Assembly (NCBI RefSeq): GCF_001194135.2
Contig: NC_068991.1
Span: 53,858,694-53,905,011 of the forward strand
Direction of reading: 5' to 3'
Length of the DNA stretch: 46,318 nt
Source: Octopus bimaculoides
Taxonomy: Eukaryota
The stretch's first letter is position 1. Each line of letters opens with the position of its first letter. A program made the position numbers and the translations under genes. A model generated the notes under the pieces. It searched no databases. It saw only the letters and a list, made by a program, of their open reading frames with translations, and was not told the origin of the DNA. This document shows positions 22,206 through 35,675 of the stretch, piece after piece.

Positions 22206-22804
22206 AAACAGTCATATCCATTTCTCTTATCTCTAACGTCATATCCAGACTGAAGGAAAATAATTGAGAAACAGCCGTAGATTCGAAATACCAAAGCATA
22301 AGCAAGCAAAGAACCTGCCTTTGATACAGAAAGCTGAATATATATCAAAGAACCTCTATCTTCAGTAAATTCAGTGTTTGGCTTGTGTCCACTGCTACCA
22401 GCTTTTAAGCTTTCAGAACATTTACGAAGGTGGCTTTGTGCTGGCTAAGAAAGATAGATTACTTGGAAGCAATGGCCGATGACAATTACAAAACAGAACA
22501 ATAAAGAGGAAGATAAATAAAACAGTTGATTTATAGTTAGTGCAATACAAATATATCTCCCATTGTTTATTCTAAACCAGTTGAAGGAGAAACAATTATA
22601 TAAATCATCGTACATTTACTTATTTTTCAAGCTATAGAAGTTTACTGAATCATCAGCTTAAACAGAGAAAGACTTGAAATCTTTCATCATGTATGCACTG
22701 GTGACTAGCTTTGAAAAAGATGTTGACTTCAGCCATATTGGGGTAGGGCTGCTTTCTTTTTGTAATGCTTAGAACATGATCTCCCTTAGATTTGTAGAAA
22801 AAAT

Positions 22805-22848
<44 letters not shown>

Positions 22849-22857
22849 ACACACTCA

Positions 22858-23030
22858 CACAGGTGATTTTCAACAGCATTCTCAGACAGGTCATATAGAA
22901 GTGGTTTAGCTTTTTGACGTGCTATTCGTAAATCGTCCTAGTCTCACAGGCATACAGTAGCAAAGGCAGTACAGCTGCTTGTTACACCTTCAACTTAGTG
23001 GCCAGCCTAATGCCTCTCCTCTCCCGCGAA
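22858..23030 (-). mobile_element. RTE-clade LINE fragment (region after the RT domain), flanked by (CA)n tracts
   Basis: Translation RRGIRLATKLKV*QAAVLPLLLYACETRTIYE*HVKKLNHFYMTCLRMLLKIT matches the RTE motif TKxxVYxAxVLPxLLYxCETW..LNxFHxxCLRxLL. Confidence 0.8.
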
Positions 23031-23057
23031 TGTGTATATAAGTACACACACACAAAC

Positions 23058-23092
<35 letters not shown>

Positions 23093-23099
23093 CACACAG

Positions 23100-23134
<35 letters not shown>

Positions 23135-25030
23135 CACACACACATTTGGATTTCAGATAAAGTAGATCTGTGTATGAGTCCACCAGTTCAGAGGTTGCAA
23201 GGAAAATCATTAGTTTCGAGTGCTTTGTTAGGGAGTTCCATCCTAGCTGTCTTTTACTCTTAAAATATGGATGATGTAATTGTTTTTGCTGTTGTACAGA
23301 ATGTTTTACTTGGATGATACGATACGACATTACAACTATTATGTATAAAATCTCTTCCCTCATACTGTCTCTTTAAAATTGTCCGTCAATATCACTATTT
23401 ATGTAGAAGCTTCTACTTGATGTTGAGATATTGAGGACGGTTTTGATGTTGAAGGGGAAGATTGTTAATATCTTCGTATCCCAAACATTCGTATCAATGC
23501 TATGTCACAAAAAATATTTTATATGAAGAATGCTCTGGCTCATATTTTTTTAAGCCTATATTTTCTGTCATGTCTTATGAACACAGTTTATCTATACATA
23601 TATTTTCATGTTAACGCGTGATTCTTTCACATTCACTCGTCTCAATCAACAGACGACAGCGCAAAACTTTTATCGTCGTTTTTACAGCAACTTCTACTTT
23701 TTTTCTTATTTAAACTACGAATTGATGACAAATGGTTCTTTGTGTAACATTATTGGTATTCTTTCCAAATGCAGGACATTTTTAGAAAATGTTTTCGTTT
23801 TGACCAGGTGATAAATATCGGCAACTCTTCTAAATAAGAATTATCGACTCTTTTAAAAACTCGATATCATGTTGCATGAAATTCATACAGGTATCGAGTG
23901 ACATAATTCCTAACCGCAGCTGTTTCAACAGTCTTGATCTATGGAATATATGTTAGATATATATCTTCAACGAATCTCATTTATGTCATTTTCATAAATA
24001 TCAAGTTATTTATTGCAATCGCTGATTGAAACTGAAGAGACAGATGGCCGATTGAAATGAATATTTCTTGTTTTGTTGCAGCTATTTTTCCCTGTGCAAC
24101 AATTTAATATCAATGTTTCTTTGACCAAATTCTATATCTACATCAATCAGTTGAAAACTTCGTTATTAAGTCTAGTTGTATCTCAGCATGATGTTGATGG
24201 TTTGATCAATGACAAATAAAGTGTATGACAATAGCTGTTCTCATTATTCTTAACCTAACACATAATCGCTGTGTTTTGTAAAAGAAACAATAATGGGTTT
24301 TGTGTCAAAATAAATAGAAGTATAAGAACACTTTCGGTTTGAAGAATGGGGATAGTTAACTAGGACTTAGTCTTTCAAATGGCACCTCATATTTTCACCA
24401 AGTGTGCAATTTCCCATTTGCTGTGTGAAGAATCAAACAGCTTCATGTAAGCATCCCTATTGCAGTAAAGCTTTTTCTTTTATTTTGTTTCGTTTTCCCT
24501 TTATCACATTACATTATATAACAGCTTTATTAATTAAAAGTTGTTCACAAATCCACACAGCCCCCCACCTCCCCGTTATTTGCTTACCATTTACAATCGT
24601 GCTGGACTTGAAATAATTCTGGGGGAATTGATTTTAAACAATTTGTATAAAGCTTATACATAACATTTAATCAAGCAATCAGTATTTGGTTTTCTAACAA
24701 GTCGCTGTTTATAGTTTTAACAACAAGAGGCGTCCATGTTATGGCAAAGTAATTTCCTATATTAATTTCATCCAATATAGAAGTTGTAAATATAGATGAA
24801 TAGTATTCGGTAGAAGGTTAACACAGGAGAAACAAGAAGAGTATTGCGAGTGGAGAGGCAGTCACCTTTCGGGTGCAAGCTTATAGAGGGCGGCCACGAA
24901 ATTTCTACTGTCTTATCAGGCCTGTTAGTTAATGCAGGAGCGTCAAGAGTGTTTTTGACCCCAGATCATGAAAACCCTCACTACAGCCATGTTAATATCT
25001 TTTTATTATCATTATTAATATTTTCTTTAA

Positions 25031-25445
25031 GGCGGCGAGCTGACAGAATTGTTAGCATGCCGGCCAAAATGCTTATCGGCAATTTGTCGGTCTTTATTCT
25101 TCGAATTCAGCCGAAGTCAGCTTTACCTTCCATCCTTTTGGTACCGATAAAATAAGTACCAGCTGAGGATTGGGGTCGATGTAATCAACTTATCTCCTTT
25201 CCCGAACTTGCTGGCCTTGTGCCAAAATTTGAAACTAATATCTTCTTTTTTTATTGTTAATATTAAGGCGGCGTGCTGGCAGAATTGTTGGCATGAAGGC
25301 CAAAATGCATACCGGCATTTTGTCCATCTTCACGTTCTGAGGTCGACTTTACATTTCATCCTTTCGGCATCAATAAAACAAGTACCAGTGAAGCGCTGGG
25401 GCCAATGTAATCGACTAGTCCCATCCACCAAAATTTCAGACCTTC
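25031..25445 (+). mobile_element. Two head-to-tail SINE family D copies
   Basis: Heads at 25031 and 25266. Confidence 0.85.
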
Positions 25446-25605
25446 TGAAAGGATTATTAATCATTAGACTGCGGCTATGCTGGGGCACCGGCTTGAAGAA
25501 TTTTATAGTCGAATGAATCGACACCAGTATTTATTCTACTGGTTTTGTTTACCGAACCGCTTCGTTACATAAACACACTAACTCCGGTTGTCAAGCGGCG
25601 GTGGG

Positions 25606-25656
<51 letters not shown>

Positions 25657-25676
25657 NNNNNNNNNNNNNNNNNNNN

Positions 25677-25738
<62 letters not shown>

Positions 25739-25761
25739 CTGTGTGTGTGTGTTTATGTGAA

Positions 25762-25934
25762 GGCGCATGGCTTAGTGGTTAGGGTGTTGCACTCACGATT
25801 GCGAGATCGTGGGTTCAATTCCCAGACCGGGCGTTGCGTTGTGTTCTTGAGCAAAGTACTTTTCTACTGTAGCCCTGGGCCAACCAAAGCCTTGTGAGTG
25901 GATTTGGTGGATGAAAACTGTTCAGAAGCGCGTC

Positions 25935-25940
<6 letters not shown>
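25762..25940 (+). mobile_element. Chimeric SINE: family C head joined to family A body
   Basis: Switch right after TTCTTGAGCAAAGT to CTACTGTAGCCCTGGGCCAACCAAAGCCTTGTGAG. Confidence 0.75.
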
Positions 25941-25983
<43 letters not shown>

Positions 25984-26268
25984 GTCAGTAAATCATAAAT
26001 CCGAAAGAGAAGTAAAATAGGAACCAAAAGAGACCATAGGCGGAAAATGGTTGAGAACCACTGACGTAAACAATGCGATTGCAGATGAAACAAATAGGTA
26101 ATGAGTGTATCTGCATATTTCAGGAGTCACTGCTCCTTCTTCAGCACCACATTTAACTCGTTAACCATCCACGAAGACATTGCTTAAATAAGCGCTAAGT
26201 TTAGCGGTGTAGCATTGTTGGATAGACCAAGATACATAAAAGCACCGACAGAATTAGTACAAGACGAG

Positions 26269-26521
26269 GGCGGCGAGCTGGCAGAAACGTTAGCACACAC
26301 CGGGCGGGCGAAATGCTTAGCGGTATTTCGTCTGCCGCTACGTTCTGAGTTCAAATTCCGCCGAGGTTGACTTTGCCTTTCATCCTTTCGGGGTCGATAA
26401 ATTAAGTACCAGTTACGCACTGGGGTCGATATAATCGACTTAACTCCTTTGTCTGTCCTTGTTTGTCCCCTCTATGTTTAGCCCCTTGTGGGCAATAAAT
26501 AAATAAATAAATAAATAAATA
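26269..26521 (+). mobile_element. Young full-length SINE family D with (AAAT)n tail and 16-bp target-site duplication
   Basis: AGAATTAGTACAAGAC at 26250-26265 and 26522-26537. Confidence 0.95.
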
Positions 26522-26732
26522 AGAATTAGTACAAGACTTTAAAAATAAGCCAGGCGGTTAATTTGTTCTATTAAAACTCTTCAAGGCGGTGCCCCAGCAT
26601 GGCTGCAGTTCAAAGTCTGAGAGAAGTAAAAGATGAAAAAAATAGAAGATACTTTTTTCTTTTAAAAACGATAGTGTGATTTGAGGAAAGTATGGCTGTA
26701 ATTTCCAGCTGATCGATTGACCGACCACATAG

Positions 26733-26935
26733 TTTCAAATTTTGGGACAAGGCCAGAAATCATGGGAGAGGGGCTAAATCGATTACAATGACCGCCAGAA
26801 CTCATTTTATCGACACCAAAGGAATGAAAAACAAAGTCGAGATCTGCAGATTTTGAACTCAGAACAAAATGACAGGTGAAATGCCTACAAACATTTTTGC
26901 ATAGCTTGCTAACGATTCTACCAGCTCACCGCCCT
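26733..26935 (-). mobile_element. SINE family D, diverged
   Basis: Reverse complement similarity to family D. Confidence 0.75.
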
Positions 26936-27496
26936 AATTTGTTTTCTTATATTAATTGTGTGTAATGTGGTAAACTAAAATATAATGTAATGATAAATAA
27001 TTATATTTGAATATATTAGTCAATTTGTAGTCATAAAAATGTAATAAGGTAAATAATTAAATATAGCTTAATGAAATTAGATATAACGTAAATTTGTTTT
27101 TTTCCGTCTCGTGCACTGCTATTCTAAATATATCGATACAATTTGGAATTTATAAGCATCAACCAACCGTATGATTTCGACGAGTCAGAAATGGAACGAG
27201 TTGTTTTCGGCATTTCAACAACCACCTCCCAGACCACTCTAGTTATGTCTTTTGCACTCCACACTTCACCTGACATCGGTCGAGTTTAGTAAGGTTTACG
27301 ACGAGAATGACAACGTTGTAGAATTTATTCGTTGAATTCCAAAAGGAAGTTTTGTTTATTAAAAATATTTTATTATTAATAATGCACTACAAAAGAGATG
27401 CAACCGAATGTAGGGAATTTTGTTTTATATTTTGGTTTACTTCTGACTTTGTATCTCAATTTAGAACGTAAGCCCTAATTTGTTGAAACTTCTATC

Positions 27497-27538
<42 letters not shown>

Positions 27539-29054
27539 TCATTTATTTATTCTATTTTATTTGTTTTTTGCAATGAATTCAACAATCAAATCTGTCGAGT
27601 CTACTTGACCTGTAGAATCGACGTTATTTGCCGTTGATTTTAAAATGATGTGAAGTCAGTTAACCCGAGGGAAGTTTGAGGAAAACAACTCACCTGATGT
27701 CTTGGATATGTTGAAGGAAAAACAAAACGAAAAAGAAAGAAATAAAAAGAAAAAAACGAACTAAATAAAAAAAATATACCATAATTCATAGTAAATAGAA
27801 GAGCATTGTCGCTTGCTTGAAGCGTTTTGATGCAGAAGTGAAATAATAAAATAATGAAAAAGAACTCCAAACAATGCAGAAAGGGAAAGTTAAGTAACCT
27901 GAAATATATAAAGATTACTTTTTTGCATTGTTAGAAGCTCTCCATCTTCATTATAGTAAACAGTAAAGAATGGTTTCAAAATATAAATAAAAACACTCAA
28001 AAAACAGTGAATAAATAAATGCAAAATAAAGGAGCAAACACTCTTCTTCAAGTATACATTGCACTAGAGGACATTGGTGTGCCCTTCTAAAGGATTTTAA
28101 GGCTAGCCAAAACACTCACAAAGTTACTGTAGGTGCATTGACGTAGCAATAAATGTGTGCCGCCTTGTGTGGCCCTTAAGTTTTCCACACTCGCACTCTG
28201 TCTCCTATTCAGGCGTATGCAGCCGACCCAAAAGTAACTCCCACATAAAAGCGCCGCCTGGAGTGGAGCGGATCAGCCCCATCGCCCTCACTAGATATGT
28301 TACTACGCTGTTGATTGCATGACTGAGACTACTGGAACGACCAAGTACCTTCACAATTATTATGTAATGCTACCAAAGTAATTTAAAGTACACGGACTGA
28401 GGTTGACTTTAGTGTTCAGCCTTCTGAGGGTCGATAAGCTAAACTACTAAAGAAGTATTGAAATCGATTTAATCAACTATACTCTCTCTCTCAAACCGAG
28501 GCTTTCTCCTCGTGTAAATAATCAATAATTAACTAACATACAATGACATTTAATGCGTATTATTTATTGAAGATAAGCATGAACTTTAGAAATTAGGGGC
28601 CAATTTTTCATAAACTAAAACACATCATCAAAGGGGCTTTAGAGATAGTTTAAAATAAATAACATAACCATCACAGATTAAATAAATATTTCCTTGTCGT
28701 AATATTACGCTTCAGTGTAGATTCAAAGTTGACTGAATCAATATGGAAATACAATCGATTTACAAACACTGAACTAACATTAAAAATACACATAATTCAA
28801 ACAGTGGAATTAGTTAGAAAAGAAGAGAAAGCTAGTTTCAGCTAAAATTCTTCGGCAGCTTTGAACGGTGAATAAGTCAACCCAACAATTCTTCAAAGAC
28901 CCGTATTTTAACTCAATATCAACGTCAGAGACTTGCTGTTTGGGTAGGCTTTTTCTTAATGATTCAGTATTTATTTTTTATATTTAATAATTATATATTT
29001 ACACACTTGTCTAGGGTAAGCACTGCTTACCTTGTCTGCCTATACATATTCTTT

Positions 29055-29253
29055 TATTCTTTCATTCTTTTACTTGTTTCCGTCATTTGACTGCAGCCAT
29101 GCTAGAGCATCGCTTTGACGGATATTAGTCGAATAAATCGACCCCAGGACTTAAACACACCAATACTGGATGTCAAACGGTGATGGAGTGACAAGCACAG
29201 ACACAGACACACATAGATAGATAGATAGATAGATAGATACATACATACATACA

Positions 29254-29325
<72 letters not shown>

Positions 29326-29480
29326 CACACACAACGGACTTCTTTCAGTGTCTGTCTACCAAATTCACTCACAAGGCTTTGGTCGGCCCGAGGCTATAGT
29401 AGAATACACTTGTCCAAGGTGCCACGCAGTGGGACTGAACCCGGAACCATGAGTTTGGGAAGCAAGCTTCTTACCAAACA
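29055..29480 (-). mobile_element. SINE family A with (GATA)(CATA)(TA) internal repeat
   Basis: Reverse complement of family A modules. Confidence 0.85.
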
Positions 29481-29914
29481 GACACACATACATACGCGCA
29501 CACATGCACACATACGTACATACATATACGTATGTGTGCATGTGTGTGTATGTGGAAAATGGGCTCACATTCCAAAAGTTAATATTTAGTGTTATAAAAG
29601 ACATTTGTACTCAGGAGGTGCTTAAGTTAATGGTACAGATCGCTTAGACGGAATTTGGGAGGTACCAGGTTCGATTCTCTGTACTAGCTTGCTGGTCGCT
29701 TTTCTTTTCTTTTCTGCCCCCTAAGGGTGTTTACCCTCTTTTCTAAGCTGTTTCCACAGCTATTCCGCGTTCGAAATTTACTTTTTTTTTATATATACAT
29801 ATACGAATGTATGTGTCTATGTATGTGTATTCCATCAATGGAGGAAAATTCTAATCCAGTGTCTTAGGAAGTGATGTAACAATTCACTCTCTGATAGAAG
29901 TAATGTCACCAATA

Positions 29915-31100
29915 CTGAGAAGCAGGCGTAGAAGCGACTGAGGAGGACTGAAAGATCAGGGCTTCCCGGAAAATACAAGGCGTGGCTCTACCAACATGCA
30001 CTGCTTCCAAATCACATGTGGTTATTGGCAGTGTATGAGATTCCAATAACAAGAGTAGAAAAAGTGGACAAGAAAGTAAACAAGTGCTTCCGAAGGTGGC
30101 TGGGTATCCCTCTATTCTTCACTTCAATAGGCAAGTACATAAGATTTGGCCAGCTTCAACTTCCTCTTTCATTCGTCGTGGGAGAATTCAAGCTTACGAA
30201 GTGTTGGGTTGTAATGATGTTTTGGGACTCCCAGGACGAGCGCGTCATAAATGCAAGCTCGGGGAGCAAGTGGGTGCTCAGCACCACAGCCGCACAGGCT
30301 GAAAAATATGCTGAAGCTACGCGACACCACTGGAATTACATACACAGGACGGCAGGTTCTCGGTTCTTCCAATTTCGAACAATGGGAGAAGGCAAATACC
30401 AAGTAAAGAAGGGCCGTGATCCAGGAAGAAGTACGAAACCAGGAGGAAGAAAGAAGACAATCAAAATCTGTGGAGTTAGTATCTCGGAGAACCTGGACTA
30501 AACGGGACCTCCCTAAAAGGAAGGTCTCATAGACAGACCTGTGGAGACTGGAATCTTTCCGCATCTCCTTTCTGCTGCAGGCGGTGTATGATAAACACAC
30601 AATACTAGCAAACCTGCACAGATGGGATTTGAAAGGGAACCAACTGCGTAGACTTTGTGAAGAAAGGGGCACCCTGACACACATCTCGTCAGGGTGTAAA
30701 GTAACACTTACTCAGGGAGATACAAGTAACACCGTGATAAGGTGCTTGCAACACTCGGCCACATTCTGGAATAGGAAAGGCTCAGGAAACACCATCAGCC
30801 AGAGAAAACAACAGCAGCATTCAAGTTCATGAAGGAAGGAAAGAAGCCAGTGAGAACACGAAAAGGGACATGGGATATGAAAGTAGACCAGGGGTAAAGA
30901 TTGCAGTCGCCCCAAGTCGTCCGGACAACCTTGTAGTTTATAGTTTGAAAAGGCAAAGACAATAATCTTGATCAAACTTACAGCCCCATGGGGAGGAGGA
31001 TGTGATCAAGCCTTTGAATGGAACCATACTAAGTGTGAGATTCTTCTTACAGAAGACTCTCATACTTAGTATGCTTCCATCAACGGGAGGGTATTATGGC
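29915..31100 (+). mobile_element. Decayed HERO-like (R2-group, restriction-like endonuclease) non-LTR retrotransposon, 3' half
   Basis: SGLPGKYKAWLYQHALLP, YEIPITRVEK..RRWLGIP, LQLPLS..EFKLTKC, LHRW..RLCEERGTLTHISSGC (degenerate CCHC knuckle), RPD..IILIKLTAPWEE (PD..D/ExK endonuclease); multiple frameshifts. Confidence 0.85.
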
Positions 31101-31204
31101 TCAGGATTGAAACACCCAATAATTATTGAGATATCGTCTGATGACACCAATTCCTCCCAAAAGTAAAAGAAGAAACATCTTTTAGATGTTATCTCTATCA
31201 TATC

Positions 31205-31590
31205 TTTTTATCTCTTTCTCTGTTTTACTGGTTTCAGTCGTTTGACTACGGCCATGATGGGGCACTGCCTTCAAGCGTTTTAGTCGAACAAATCAACCCT
31301 AGGACTTATGGTTTTGAAGCGTAGTACTTATTTTATAGGTCTCTTTTGCCGAACCGCTAAGTTACGGAGATGTAAACACGTCACTACTGGTTGTCAAGCG
31401 ACGGAGGGGGACAAACACAGACACAGACACACACACATACCGTGGGCTTGTTTCAGTTTCTGTCTACCAGATCCACTCACAAAGCTTTGGTTGCCCGAGG
31501 CTATAGTAGAAGACACTTGCCTAAGGTGCCACACAGTGGGACTGAACTTGGAACCATGTGGTTGGGAAGCAAGCTTCTTACCACATATGG
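31205..31590 (-). mobile_element. SINE family A
   Basis: Reverse complement of family A. Confidence 0.85.
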
Positions 31591-31625
31591 GCGCAGACCA
31601 TATGTGTATGTGCATGTTATTTTAG

Positions 31626-31635
31626 ATAGACAGAC

Positions 31636-31674
<39 letters not shown>

Positions 31675-31695
31675 CAGATAGACAGACAGACAGAC

Positions 31696-31764
<69 letters not shown>
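31626..31764. repeat. (GATA)n/(GACA)n microsatellite
   Basis: Directly visible. Confidence 0.95.
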
Positions 31765-31765
<1 letters not shown>

Positions 31766-32039
31766 AGGCTTTTGTTTAAAAGATATATTGAAGACACGAC
31801 TATGTTCGAATTCAATCCTTTTTAGAACGATTTTTTCCTATTTCCTTATTAATGGTGAATGTATTTAAAGCATTGAAGAAGCCATTGCAGCACATTATAA
31901 TAATACAGAACACAAAAGAAAAACTAAATAGAAAATCGTTAGTTGAGAGCACGCCTGGCCTGGATAGATTTACTCAGTATAAAAAAAAATAAAGAACTAT
32001 GGAGGACTTATTAATAACAAAATATAAACTCTCTCTCAA

Positions 32040-32094
<55 letters not shown>

Positions 32095-32802
32095 NNNNNN
32101 NNNNNNNNNNNNNNNNNNNNNNNNNNNNNNNNNNNNNNNNNNNNNNNNNNNNNNNNNNNNNNNNNNNNNNNNNNNNNNNNNNNNNNNNNNNNNNNNNNNN
32201 NNNNNNNNNNNNNNNNNNNNNNNNNNNNNNNNNNNNNNNNNNNNNNNNNNNNNNNNNNNNNNNNNNNNNNNNNNNNNNNNNNNNNNNNNNNNNNNNNNNN
32301 NNNNNNNNNNNNNNNNNNNNNNNNNNNNNNNNNNNNNNNNNNNNNNNNNNNNNNNNNNNNNNNNNNNNNNNNNNNNNNNNNNNNNNNNNNNNNNNNNNNN
32401 NNNNNNNNNNNNNNNNNNNNNNNNNNNNNNNNNNNNNNNNNNNNNNNNNNNNNNNNNNNNNNNNNNNNNNNNNNNNNNNNNNNNNNNNNNNNNNNNNNNN
32501 NNNNNNNNNNNNNNNNNNNNNNNNNNNNNNNNNNNNNNNNNNNNNNNNNNNNNNNNNNNNNNNNNNNNNNNNNNNNNNNNNNNNNNNNNNNNNNNNNNNN
32601 NNNNNNNNNNNNNNNNNNNNNNNNNNNNNNNNNNNNNNNNNNNNNNNNNNNNNNNNNNNNNNNNNNNNNNNNNNNNNNNNNNNNNNNNNNNNNNNNNNNN
32701 NNNNNNNNNNNNNNNNNNNNNNNNNNNNNNNNNNNNNNNNNNNNNNNNNNNNNNNNNNNNNNNNNNNNNNNNNNNNNNNNNNNNNNNNNNNNNNNNNNNN
32801 NN

Positions 32803-33102
32803 GTTGAGCGAAAACACCTAAAGCTCTACGAGGCTCCGGCAGGGGATGGTGGCGAACCCTGCTGTACTCTTCCACCACAACTTTCTCTCACTCTTACTTC
32901 CTGTTTCTGTTGTTCCTGTAATTCAAAGGGTCAGCCTTGTCACACTGTGTCACGCTGAATATCCCCGAGAACTACGTTAAGGGTACACGTGTCTGTGAAG
33001 TGCTCAGCCACTTGCACGTTAATTTCACGAGCAGGCTGTTCCGTTGATCGGATCAACTGGAACCCTCGACGTCGTAAGCGACGGAGTGCCAACAACAACA
33101 AC
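32803..33102 (+). mobile_element. SINE family B, 5' end in gap
   Basis: Matches other B copies; (AAC)n tail. Confidence 0.9.
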
Positions 33103-33229
33103 AATTGTTTGCATAATTTCTTATATGATGCGTAGCTCAGTGGTAAAACTAACGAAAGAGGTTACAAGTTCAACTCCTTTCAAGGACAAAAATGCACAGT
33201 GGTGTGTATCAACTTTATTTTCGATAACA

Positions 33230-33420
33230 GTTTCAAATTTTGGCTCAACGTCAGCAATTTCGAGAGAGGGGACAAGTCAATTACATCGACCCCTAGTGCT
33301 CGACTGCTACTTATTTTATTGACCCCGAAAGGTATGAAATGTAAGGTCGACTTCGGTGGAATTTGAACTCAGGACGTAAAGACGGACGAAATGCTGCTAA
33401 GCATTTTGCCAGCTCGTTGC
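33230..33420 (-). mobile_element. SINE family D
   Basis: Reverse complement similarity. Confidence 0.8.
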
Positions 33421-33554
33421 CTTATCTTTATCTTCTCTAGTGACTTTCATTGTGGCGGGTTCGTATATGCACGAGAAGGAAGACTAATCTGAGTCTGAGT
33501 CGGATTATGAGTCTGAAGCTGTTGAAACCTGTTATTTGGTAAAAGCTATAAATA

Positions 33555-35010
33555 TGGCGACACTCACGGATACATAATCGTTTCATGAAGCATCTTGTAG
33601 AGTAACAACCATATTTTAGTTTATTAATATTTCCCTACATAGAACCCATCATAGAACCAAGCAAAAAGCATATTCGTTATATTATACTGCACAAGTTTTA
33701 TCAAGCTACTAATGCAAGTCAAACAACTAGAAATGTGCCCCAAAGTTTTATGATCAAGATGAGGAGAATGAAAGAACTTGCAGAAAATGGGTTGGAAAAT
33801 TCAGACGTGGCAATTTCAATTTATTTGATAAACCTCGATGAGGGCGTCCTTCCAAAATGGGAGACGAAATGTTGAAGCAACATTTGCAAGAAATCCTGCT
33901 TTGAAAGTGAGAGTTTTTTTTGTTTTTTTTTGTTTTTTCAACTGTATTAGATGTTATGGGTATGCGGGTGTTCTGAAAATATCTCACGGAATAACACGAT
34001 CGTGCCCTGCATAGCTACGGGTTACCCTTTGGCAAGGCATGACACCCGTTCAGCCACCCTATCAAGGATATGGTGAAGCCATAGGACTGCAGTATGGCGG
34101 ATTATGAAAAGGAAGCAGAAGAGCTCAACAGAGCCAACGGTGCATCATACATTGATGTTGAGCGGAGGAATCCTAGAAGATCAACTGTCAGGGATCACTA
34201 AGCTCTATCAAGAGAGTTACTGCAACGCATCCATTGGTGTGGCGTCCATGGTGGTGTAATCAGCTAATAAAAGATTCACTATGATCGAAGCTCCTAATTC
34301 AAATTCATAATCATGGGACTGGATCGTATCATGGGAATCCGTGAAAGTTGCGAAAGAAAAAAATATTAGCATTATGACCATTCATAATCATTTGGAGATG
34401 GGAAAAGTTACAAAGTGGTGGAAAATTGGTTTTCATGCTCTTTCGGGAGCAAATCGTTGACAGAGGCATTGCAGTTTGTATCTAAACTCAAATTTTATTA
34501 ATAAAAAAAAAAAACTTGTACAGCATCCATGAGAGTGGTTTGACCCAAAGAAAATTTTATTATTTCGAAGAATGTGGAAGGAATTATTCACCTTGAGTTT
34601 TTAAGGGCCGAATCAAGCAATCACTTTTGAAGTCTTCTAACAGTAGCTTCACCATTTTGAAGACTGCTTTGAATAGAAAACGTCTTACCTTGATAAATCA
34701 TAGTGAGTGGAGGTTCTCGGTTATCAAGATAATGCTCGATTTCAGACCGCACAAGTCACTAAAAATGTTCTGCAATAAATCGGGTGGAAAAACTGCCACA
34801 CCCAGCATATTCTCAGGACTTTGCTCCGTCATCTATTTAGATCTTTGCAAAACCATTTAGAGAGGAAAAGGTGGCTAGCAGAGTAGACATAGAAATTGAA
34901 TTGAATACTTATACTTATTCAAAACCAACGGAATTTTTCAAATTAGGCATTCAAAAACTTACAAACAGATGGAGAAATGATAAAACTGAAGGAAACTATA
35001 CAGTTATTTA
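33555..35010 (+). mobile_element. Decayed mariner (DD34D) transposase pseudogene with an unrelated insert at about 33975-34340
   Basis: ERTCRKWVGKFRRGNFNLFDKPR*GRPS (HTH), YQDNARFQTAQVT (HDNARPH), LPHPAYSQDFAP (PHPPYSPDLAP), LFRSLQNHL, GIQKLTNRW..EGNY. Confidence 0.85.
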
Positions 35011-35631
35011 AAGTTTGCAATATTAAATATCATGTTGTGTCGCTGAGGTCACCTTTGCCTTTCATCCATTCGGGGTTGATGAAATAAGTACCAATTGAAC
35101 ACTGAGATCGACGTAATCGACTTACCCCCATCCCCCGAAATTTCTGGGCTTGTGCCAAAATTTGAAACCAATATTATGTTTGTACTTTTAAATAAATACT
35201 AAAAATCAGACAGAACTATCTATACAAGTTGATGCATAAAAAGACGTGACGAACGAAAAATGTTATGAGAATACCTAATTTAAGCTGAAACTGTAGTTAT
35301 AATAAAACACTAAGATATGTCATTCCAACTACATCCACGGAAAAAAAAAAATAAACAGACAACAATCAATGGAAGAACATTTAAATTATGTTCTGTAATG
35401 ATGTATAACATGCTTTGTTAGAAATATAATTTATGTAATGTAAATATGTATATTTTAGTACATGAAAACTGGGATATATTTTATGCATGCACTCATATCG
35501 ATAACCCATAGGAAATATATGCAGTGAACGTATATTGAATAAAATTCGTATATAGTGGTGTATGTATGATGCACAGTAGTAACGTTGCACGTAGGACATG
35601 TCATAATGATATTTATGTGTGTGCGTGTGTA

Positions 35632-35675
<44 letters not shown>

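Noticed and set aside
27640-27870. Minus-strand ORF with signal-peptide-like start and CAG|GTGAGT donor
   Set aside because: The hydrophobicity comes from T-rich low-complexity DNA; no supporting downstream exon found.
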